DNA from: Candidatus Poseidoniaceae archaeon | Lineage (GTDB): Archaea > Thermoplasmatota > Poseidoniia > Poseidoniales > Poseidoniaceae | DNA length: 64,000 nt | Direction of reading: 5' to 3' | Assembly (NCBI GenBank): GCA_049598575.1 | Contig: JBMYNT010000002.1 | Span: 699-64,698 of the forward strand | In this document: piece after piece, positions 8,455 to 15,564 of the stretch | How the letters are laid out: the number at the start of each line of letters is the position of its first letter | Numbering within the stretch: position 1 is the stretch's first letter | Notes under the pieces: model-generated | What the model saw: only the letters and a program-made list of their open reading frames with translations | Told to the model about the DNA's origin: nothing | The model's database searches: none | Made by a program: the position numbers and the translations under genes

Positions 8455-9375
8455 TCATTCATCGTTGCCTTCTCGGCGCTTCTGAATGTAGGTTGGCAGG
8501 TCAAGAGCGAACAGCCCTCCAACAACGATGAAGACGAAGAGTGTGCCAAGTGCGACACCATAGACAGAGCCGAGTTCGACCGATTCACTGAGTCGTGTTG
8601 CCGTATCTTCTGAAAGAATTCCAACGATCCAAGGCAGAATGGTGTTGGCAGAGAGGACCAGCGTTGCAAGAACGGTAGCAACGATTGGGTTGATGATGAG
8701 AGAGCGATGATACTTGCCCACGATCTTCTTTGGATTCATGACGTAGACTTCGTTCGTTCGAATGCTCGTATCGAGCATTGAGTAACGCATGACACCGTTG
8801 GACAGCTCGAAGTACATGATGAGCAGAACCGAGTAGATAACGACCAAGGAAGCAAGAATCGTGGGACTATCTGCAAGACCAAACAAATCGTTGACACTTG
8901 TTTTCGAGGAAGCAAATCGCATGATAGCGAGAATGAACAGGAGATACGAACCGAGCATGTAGCGAGCGTCTCGCTGGTAAGCGCCCCAGAAACCAAGTCC
9001 TGTAGCACCAGTAATGATACCGATTTGGAACAGCAAAGCGAGGTCAGCACTTCCGAGAAGCATGAACCAGATGGTTCCTTCAGGAGGTGAAATGATGTAC
9101 GTAAGGAGTGCAAGTCCAACGAGAATGACATATACGCCAAGTTGCATGTTCTGAACGAACTTGTCCGGTGGTAGGAATTTCATCTTTGGAACGATTGGAC
9201 CACCAATGAGGCTCTCAATGAACGAAGGCATTTCCAACTCTGGAATTGCATCCTTTGGAATTTCTGAGCCAATACCGGCCTGTCCTGCAGCCTTCTTTCG
9301 GCTTGGAGCAGATGATCGTACGACTTTACCGTCGTACAAGTGAGCCGTATCTGAAGATGGTTTTCGCATGGTCAT
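8455..9375 (-). CDS. Polytopic membrane protein (about 6 TM helices), possibly SpoIIM/DUF95-like, last gene of the MoxR operon
   Basis: 306 aa with a ~60-aa cytoplasmic N-terminus followed by multiple hydrophobic helices. Its start lies 9 nt after the DUF58 stop. Confidence 0.55.
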   Translation of the reverse strand: MTMRKPSSDTAHLYDGKVVRSSAPSRKKAAGQAGIGSEIPKDAIPELEMPSFIESLIGGPIVPKMKFLPPDKFVQNMQLGVYVILVGLALLTYIISPPEGTIWFMLLGSADLALLFQIGIITGATGLGFWGAYQRDARYMLGSYLLFILAIMRFASSKTSVNDLFGLADSPTILASLVVIYSVLLIMYFELSNGVMRYSMLDTSIRTNEVYVMNPKKIVGKYHRSLIINPIVATVLATLVLSANTILPWIVGILSEDTATRLSESVELGSVYGVALGTLFVFIVVGGLFALDLPTYIQKRREGNDE

Positions 9376-9384
9376 CGTCTCACC

Positions 9385-10698
9385 TCAGAATCCTCGTGCA
9401 CCTGCAAGTGCGGTTGATAGAAGCATATCTGGCTCCCAATCCATGATGTTGACACCGAGGCCACGGAGTTCTCCAATCAGAACGTCGCGCTCGGTCTTCA
9501 TGACTTCATAGCCGGTTCGATCAAGACGCTTTGCGTCAAATTCAAATTCAAGCGATGAAGGTGAAAGAACCGTCACGTCAAAGTCACGGGCGCGGAAGTC
9601 GCGAAGTGCGTTGACGATGGTCGGGTCATCCTCCAAATTGGATAGGAAGATGATTGGACTACCTTTGTTGATGTGTGGCAGAATTCGGTTGACAACAACC
9701 TGCAGTGGAATGTTGCCTCGAGCAACAGCACCTGCAAGCTTGGTGAGAATCACGTAGAGTTGTTTCTTACCTGTGTCACGATCGACGCTGACAACCTCAT
9801 CGCCGTAAACAACAACACCAACAGAGTCGCGTCGTCCGAGGAAGTACTTGGCAAGTGATGCTGCTGCACGTGTTGAGTAAACCAGTGCATTTCGGCTAAC
9901 TGGACCGGTTTCACTGACTGCCCGAGAATCGATGATGATGATGACGTCGGATACAGCGTCACGTTCACGTTCGTTGACCATCAATTTACCAGAACGTGCA
10001 TATGCACTCCAGTTGATGGCACGGAACGAATCTCCTTCGAAATACTCACGCAGTGAGTAAAACTCAGAACCGGGACCTGGTTGTCGAATGTTGACGGCTC
10101 CTGTGAAAATCTTTGGAACACGGGACTTGACGAAGGTGTCTTTGAGGTCTTCCATCTTCGGGAACACAAGGAAATCGTTGTAGACATGCATTTCTTTTTC
10201 CTTGTGGAACAGACCGAACGGATCTTGGACACGTACAGCAACGGGACCGATGCTGTAGAATCCACGGAGAGGGCACTCAAGCGTGTACTCAATGTAGGTC
10301 TCGCGACGAGGGCCGAGTTCCATCAAAATGTAGTTGGAACCTTCCTTAATTCGCATCACTTCTGGAACACGATCTCGAACTTCGAGAATCTTAGCGAGCC
10401 CAGAATTGTTCTGCATACGTAACGTCACGGTTAATTCACCATCTTCGAAGATACGTGAACCAGAGAGCTTTCGCATGGCGAGAACGCTGCCAAGGGCAAC
10501 ACCCTCCTCACCCGTCCACTCTTCTGCGCGTCGTCCACTGGAAGCGACGTCAGCATGGCCGCCAAAGAGGGCAGCCCACGTCAGGAACACAAAGATCACA
10601 ACAGCAATTGTAACCAGTTGAGAATTCCTGAGCGTAAGGCCAAGAAGGTACATGGCTACGGCCATGCTTCCTAGCATTGCTGATTTACGACTCCACAT
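9385..10698 (-). CDS. DUF58 (vWA-like) domain protein, MoxR partner
   Basis: 437 aa with two N-terminal TM helices. The …DVIIIIDSRAVS… and …VVVYGDEV… motifs fit the vWA-like DUF58 family, which is classically encoded next to MoxR ATPases. Confidence 0.8.
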   Translation of the reverse strand: MWSRKSAMLGSMAVAMYLLGLTLRNSQLVTIAVVIFVFLTWAALFGGHADVASSGRRAEEWTGEEGVALGSVLAMRKLSGSRIFEDGELTVTLRMQNNSGLAKILEVRDRVPEVMRIKEGSNYILMELGPRRETYIEYTLECPLRGFYSIGPVAVRVQDPFGLFHKEKEMHVYNDFLVFPKMEDLKDTFVKSRVPKIFTGAVNIRQPGPGSEFYSLREYFEGDSFRAINWSAYARSGKLMVNERERDAVSDVIIIIDSRAVSETGPVSRNALVYSTRAAASLAKYFLGRRDSVGVVVYGDEVVSVDRDTGKKQLYVILTKLAGAVARGNIPLQVVVNRILPHINKGSPIIFLSNLEDDPTIVNALRDFRARDFDVTVLSPSSLEFEFDAKRLDRTGYEVMKTERDVLIGELRGLGVNIMDWEPDMLLSTALAGARGF

Positions 10699-10734
10699 CC
10701 GAGAACACCTCTAGTCAAGTATGATTCAACGGTA

Positions 10735-11874
10735 TCAAACGGTAGGTACTGGAACTTCTCGAAGAATGCTTTGCATAACTTCACCAGCCTCAAGACCCTT
10801 GATTTGATGCTCAGGCTTGAGAATGATTCTGTGCGCAATTGCAAGTTCTGCAATCGACTTGACATCATCAGGCGTTACAAAGTCACGGCCACGCATAGCA
10901 GCTGCTGCACGTGCAGTCTTGAGCAATGCTTGGGAACCACGAGGCGAGGAACCGACGAGAACACGAGGGTCCTCACGAGTTCGTGCGACAACTTCGACCA
11001 TGTACATACGGATAGCTGGATCGACGTAGATGTCTTCACAAGCCTGTTGCATAGCGATGACACGCTGTGGGTCGGTGATAACATCGACATCGACAGCGTC
11101 CTTACCACGAGTGATACGTCGAGCGAGAATCTCGTCTTCATCAGCACGGTCTGGATAACCGACACTCATCTTGAACATGAAACGGTCAAGTTGAGCTTCA
11201 GGAAGTGGGTAGGTACCCTCTTGCTCGACAGGGTTCTGGGTTGCCATAACAATGAACGGAGCAGGGAGTTTGTGTGTAACGGTACCGATGGTCACTTGCT
11301 TCTCTTGCATAGCCTCAAGCAATGCAGCTTGCGTCTTTGGAGGAGCACGGTTAATCTCGTCAGCGAGGAGGAGGTTACAGAACAAAGGTCCTGGCTTGAA
11401 TGTAAATTCACCCTTCTTTGCGTCGTAGATGTTGGTACCGGTAATGTCAGCTGGGAGCAAGTCAGGCGTGAATTGAACACGCTTGAAGTCACAACCGAGA
11501 GCGTCAGCAAACGTGTTGGTCATCAACGTCTTTGCCAATCCAGGATAATCTTCGAACAGGAGGTTACCATTGGAGAGAATGTTGATGAGAACGTTGTCGA
11601 TGACGTGGCTCTTACCGATAATGACTTTCTGAACTTCTGCGCTGATCGCTTGTGCGATGGCGCCGACGGCGGAAAGTCGCTCACGGACTTCTGGGGTGCT
11701 TTGGTGCTTCGGCTGGGCCGGAGCGGCCGGTGCTGCAGGTGCGGCAGGCGCTACTGGTGCTGCAGGTGCGGCTGGTGCCGCAGGCATTGGTGCTGCAGGT
11801 GCAGGTGGCGCTGGTGCCGCTGGCGCTGCTGGCGCTGGCGCGGGCGGGGCTGCTGGTGGTGCGGGGGGTTGCAT
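10735..11874 (-). CDS. MoxR-like AAA+ ATPase with a ~55-aa Pro/Ala-rich N-terminal extension
   Basis: AAA_3/MoxR core (GKSHVIDNVLINILSNGNLLFEDYPGLAKT…LLADEINRAPPKTQAALLEAMQE…). N-terminus is MQPPAPPAAPPAPAPAAPAAPAPPAPAAPMPAAPAAPAAPVAPAAPAAPAAPAQP. The ATG start is confirmed. Confidence 0.9.
   Translation of the reverse strand: MQPPAPPAAPPAPAPAAPAAPAPPAPAAPMPAAPAAPAAPVAPAAPAAPAAPAQPKHQSTPEVRERLSAVGAIAQAISAEVQKVIIGKSHVIDNVLINILSNGNLLFEDYPGLAKTLMTNTFADALGCDFKRVQFTPDLLPADITGTNIYDAKKGEFTFKPGPLFCNLLLADEINRAPPKTQAALLEAMQEKQVTIGTVTHKLPAPFIVMATQNPVEQEGTYPLPEAQLDRFMFKMSVGYPDRADEDEILARRITRGKDAVDVDVITDPQRVIAMQQACEDIYVDPAIRMYMVEVVARTREDPRVLVGSSPRGSQALLKTARAAAAMRGRDFVTPDDVKSIAELAIAHRIILKPEHQIKGLEAGEVMQSILREVPVPTV
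11709..11874 (-). repeat. GC-rich GCTGCAGGTGC-type coding repeat (Pro/Ala low-complexity region of MoxR)
   Basis: Local GC is visibly much higher than the surrounding sequence (not computed). Degenerate tandem GCNGCNGGNGC units generate the spurious opposite-strand ORFs 11652..11927 and 11657..11953. Confidence 0.6.
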
Positions 11875-11895
11875 GTCATTTTCCTCCTTTTTTCT

Positions 11896-13491
11896 TCAGT
11901 TTCCCCAACGACGAATTAATGGGATGATTTCCCGTAGTTCTTCGTTGGAATAGGATCTTGCTGAACTGACCAGTTCAACAAGGCGTGGGTCACGGACCAT
12001 CTGCATGATTTCTGCAGGGGTCTTGCGGGCGAATTCGTCTCGCGTGAGATCATTGAATTGCCGAACTTTCGACAGGAATGCTTCCCTTGTTCGGACTTGG
12101 TAGAGCGAGGTATCCAGTTTCGTAGGGCGTTCTCTGAAACGGGTCAAGTCGAAGACGTGTCGCCAGTTTTCTTTCTCTGGAACAACCATAATGGCAATAG
12201 CGAGGAGTGCGAATAAGTTGAGGATGATCAACCACTTGAGGTAAGCGTCACTGGTCAAGAGAACGACAGCACCAATGGCTTCGGTGAAGGGCTGCGTTGC
12301 GACGCTCGATACGTGACGGCTTTCATCAAAGACGATGTTGAACTCGTCTGTGTTTCGTGTGATTTGGAGAGAGAGTTCATCGTTGTCGAATTCCATCATG
12401 TCACGAATCAAAGCACGGAAGTAGAGTTGGTTTCCTTCCCATGCGGTGTCGCCCTGTGCGGAGACGAGTCCGTCAGGATCGGTATCCCAGCAGCTGTGCC
12501 CATTCTCAATGTAGATATCACCACATTGTTGCTTTCCTGTCAGGTCAGCATCGCCTGCGTCCCAAAGGTGGTTAGCGAAGACGGAGTGGTCTGAAACGAA
12601 AACAATGCTACCGGTCACGGAGACCTCACCAGAGTCTCCGTCGGATTTGGTATCGTAAGCATCGATGTTCGGGTAATCGATTCGTACGATGAGGTCGGTT
12701 TTCCCAGTCTTTGGATTTGCGACGTTGTTGATGTCGAAGCCTGAACGTGCGACAAACGCTTGGTCGCTTGCGGAGGCGAGAACACTCACCTCACGAGTAT
12801 CGTCCTCTACATCCAATACCTGGATCGCAGTTGGTGAATGGAAGAGGACAGGCATACGACAGTTGTCTGTTACTCCTGCGGAGACTTCAGCCTCGGTACA
12901 TGGCGTTCGAAGCGATGCCTCGTCCATGAGGTCCAAATCTTCGCTTACAGATGCAACGGACCACAATCGTGTGTGTTGAACGGGCATGCGAACGTTGGTG
13001 CTGTCGGTCACCTCGTAGAACCACTTGCTGTCAGATACAGGGGCATCAAAGTAGAGGACACCAAATTCTTCAGCAACTCGCTTTGCGTTGGTCGAGTTTG
13101 CCGCAAGAATGACCTTTCCGCCCTTCTCGGTGACGAAGTCATGGATCGCTTGTGCCTCTGCTGCATCGAATGGCTTCTCTGGAGCAGCGATGATGAGCAT
13201 GGTTCGGTGAGGATCTTGCCAGTCGTTGACAAGCATTGGAGTTGACATTGTGTTGTAGATGGAGTACTTCTCACCAGACTTGCCGTCGTCACTGGTTCCG
13301 AGTGTATCCCGCATCTTGGAAAGTTGTTGGTACTGATAGTCACCTTCAGCATCACGAACATACGGAGAGAAGACGGTTTCCTTCGACGAGGAAGCAAGAA
13401 CGATGAGGACAGTGGAAAGGAGAATGGAGACGACAAGTCCAACCATGAGTTTCTTCTCAACAGAGAGTTTTGTTTTCTCTGTTTCTGCCAT
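11896..13491 (-). CDS. DUF4350 domain membrane protein (N- and C-terminal TM anchors around a large extracytoplasmic domain), first gene of the MoxR operon
   Basis: 531 aa. The N-terminal TM (LMVGLVVSILLSTVLIVLA), the …MLIIAAPEKPFDAAEAQAIHDFVTEKGGKVILAANS… DUF4350 signature and the C-terminal TM (WLIILNLFALLAIAIMVV) are all present. The ATG start is confirmed. Confidence 0.7.
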   Translation of the reverse strand: MAETEKTKLSVEKKLMVGLVVSILLSTVLIVLASSSKETVFSPYVRDAEGDYQYQQLSKMRDTLGTSDDGKSGEKYSIYNTMSTPMLVNDWQDPHRTMLIIAAPEKPFDAAEAQAIHDFVTEKGGKVILAANSTNAKRVAEEFGVLYFDAPVSDSKWFYEVTDSTNVRMPVQHTRLWSVASVSEDLDLMDEASLRTPCTEAEVSAGVTDNCRMPVLFHSPTAIQVLDVEDDTREVSVLASASDQAFVARSGFDINNVANPKTGKTDLIVRIDYPNIDAYDTKSDGDSGEVSVTGSIVFVSDHSVFANHLWDAGDADLTGKQQCGDIYIENGHSCWDTDPDGLVSAQGDTAWEGNQLYFRALIRDMMEFDNDELSLQITRNTDEFNIVFDESRHVSSVATQPFTEAIGAVVLLTSDAYLKWLIILNLFALLAIAIMVVPEKENWRHVFDLTRFRERPTKLDTSLYQVRTREAFLSKVRQFNDLTRDEFARKTPAEIMQMVRDPRLVELVSSARSYSNEELREIIPLIRRWGN

Positions 13492-13618
13492 ATTTCCACC
13501 TCATTTTGCGGCAAGCGCAGTATGTTCTTTTCTTCGGAATCACGATACACACATAATGATTCTCCCTTGACGTTTAGAGAGGTTTTTATGACATCAAGAC
13601 AATTTATTCACTGTCTAA

Positions 13619-14587
13619 TCAGCAGACATCGAGCCGATTTCTGCGCAATAGAGCAAGCAATCCGAGCGAAATAATGACCGTTTGAGGACCCACTGCAGGT
13701 AGGGCCGAAGAACCGTCAGATTCCGAGCCCGAATTGGACGAACTTGAACCCGTGTCTCCATTGTTCGAATTTTGACTTTCCCCAGATGCATCAACATCGA
13801 TTGAGAAGGTGACACTGCGTTCCATACCGTTCCCTTCTGAGGTCACGATCATGGTGACTTCACAAGTCTTGGAAGCGTGAGCAGTTGAAGGGGCGATGCG
13901 GAACGAGACTTCAGTAGGTTGATTTCCGTTCAAATCGGTTGGTTGAATCTGAGTGTTTTCTCCGCCCTCTAAGCCTTCGATTTCAAGAAGTGGGCAATTG
14001 CGAATGTCTGCCTCAATCTTGCTGGCAGCATCAACTGTGTTTCCCATGTTGTTGAGAATGAGCGTTTCTTCAATCCAAGTTCCTGCATCGACTGAGCTCG
14101 CGACCAAGGAGACTTCTGGGAGAAGTTTGTGATATCGAGGGACATTGAGGTCCGCTTCAATCTCCTTTGGAGAACCAGCCCCTCCAGCAGCGCTTTCTTC
14201 AGCGGTCACAATCATGCTTATCTTCTCGCTTGGAGAATGACTTCGCACCTTTTCAGCATCCGAGGTACTCAATTCAATCGAGAAGGTTTCATTCGATTGG
14301 GAGCCTATAGAGATCGATTCCGAGTAGGATGTTTCGAGAACATCGATGTCGTTCTCAAATTCAACGGTAATGGTCAGGCTCAGTTCATTGATTCTTGGGT
14401 TGTCAACATAGAAGACCAATGTATCTTCAATCTTCCATTTATCGCCATCCAATTGCAAATCGTAACTTGGCTCCACATCCGTATCCCAGCCAATTTCCCA
14501 TTCATTGTTGGCAGGGAATTGAGCATGGCCGAGTGGCAACAATGCGACAAGGATACATGAAATAAGCAAACAAGCAGCCTTTTTCAT
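13619..14587 (-). CDS. Secreted protein with Sec signal peptide, Ser/Gly-rich linker and a PGF-CTERM-like C-terminal anchor
   Basis: Start moved to M3 (MKKAACLLISCILVALLPLGHAQ). The C-terminus …GESQNSNNGDTGSSSSNSGSESDGSSALPAVGPQTVIISLGLLALLRRNR has a TM plus Arg cluster but lacks the canonical PGF tripeptide. Its start codon is 2 nt after the coxM-like stop. Confidence 0.6.
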   Translation of the reverse strand: MKKAACLLISCILVALLPLGHAQFPANNEWEIGWDTDVEPSYDLQLDGDKWKIEDTLVFYVDNPRINELSLTITVEFENDIDVLETSYSESISIGSQSNETFSIELSTSDAEKVRSHSPSEKISMIVTAEESAAGGAGSPKEIEADLNVPRYHKLLPEVSLVASSVDAGTWIEETLILNNMGNTVDAASKIEADIRNCPLLEIEGLEGGENTQIQPTDLNGNQPTEVSFRIAPSTAHASKTCEVTMIVTSEGNGMERSVTFSIDVDASGESQNSNNGDTGSSSSNSGSESDGSSALPAVGPQTVIISLGLLALLRRNRLDVC

Positions 14588-14589
14588 GT

Positions 14590-15564
14590 TCAATCACCAA
14601 GAATTTCTCGAAGACTGCGCTTCGCTAGAACTCGAACCATCGATTTGCGATATCGCGGAGGCAGCGCAGTATTGTTCACTGGTTTGATGGATTTCATAAT
14701 CGCTTCAGAGAGTTGTGGAACATATTCCTTCGAGAAGGAGGTCCCGAGTGCATCAACTTCCTCTTGGTGCGAGCGTGGGATGGATTCCAATGCTGTAGAA
14801 GCAACTCGAAGTGAGGAGGGATCACCCACAATCCACGAGGATGCAACACCTGCCTCAGGGAAATCCCACGATTCTCGAACTCTGAGTTTCTTGTAAGAGC
14901 CCGTTCTGTTTGCAACGTTCTCTGGGAAGGTGACCTTGAGAACAAATTCACCTTCTTGTAGTACATTTCGAGTAATTCCATCGAGTTGGAAGAACTCGTC
15001 AACAGGTAGACTTCGTGGCCCGTTTGGACCGATGATGTGGATGGTTCCTTCAAGCACCATCAGGGATGGTGCCAGGTCGCCTTGATAGGTTGCGACGCAG
15101 AGCGTGTTTTGATTTGGAATCACTCGACAATCCGAACCCGTTCCACAATCTTCCTTGTGACACCAGTCGATTGAACGGCGCCAATCTTCGCTTTGATTGA
15201 ACCAGAAACAGCGCGTGTCTAGGCAAATGTTCCCTCCAAGTGTTGCGTTGTTTCGAATCAACGATGAAGCGACTTTGCTAGCAGCAGATGCGATGAGCGG
15301 GTGCACATTTTCCGAAGTCGTCAATGCACCCAATCGTGCCATGGCACCAATTTCGTGCATGGAGATGGTGTCGAGACCTGGAATGTTTGCGAGAGAAACC
15401 ACATGTGTCTTGACGTTGATGTGCCACTTGTAGTTCGGTAGCAAATCGGTACCACCTGCGACCCAGTCAAAGGATTCTTTGTTCGCAAGGAACGTTGCTG
15501 CTAATTCGCAGGCTTCCTCAACGGTCTTCGGGTGGTGGAGATTGAATGGAGGCATCAACATCAT
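14590..15564 (-). CDS. Xanthine dehydrogenase / CO dehydrogenase family, FAD-binding medium subunit (CoxM-like)
   Basis: 324 aa, FAD_binding_5-type (…VAGGTDLLP…). Its ATG overlaps the stop of the upstream Mo-subunit gene (ATGA). Confidence 0.85.
   Translation of the reverse strand: MMLMPPFNLHHPKTVEEACELAATFLANKESFDWVAGGTDLLPNYKWHINVKTHVVSLANIPGLDTISMHEIGAMARLGALTTSENVHPLIASAASKVASSLIRNNATLGGNICLDTRCFWFNQSEDWRRSIDWCHKEDCGTGSDCRVIPNQNTLCVATYQGDLAPSLMVLEGTIHIIGPNGPRSLPVDEFFQLDGITRNVLQEGEFVLKVTFPENVANRTGSYKKLRVRESWDFPEAGVASSWIVGDPSSLRVASTALESIPRSHQEEVDALGTSFSKEYVPQLSEAIMKSIKPVNNTALPPRYRKSMVRVLAKRSLREILGD

Noticed and set aside
11652-11953. Track ORFs 11652..11927(+) and 11657..11953(+), Ala/Gly-rich and Arg/Trp/Cys-rich
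   Set aside because: They are antisense and frameshift artefacts of the GC-rich Pro/Ala repeat at the MoxR N-terminus.
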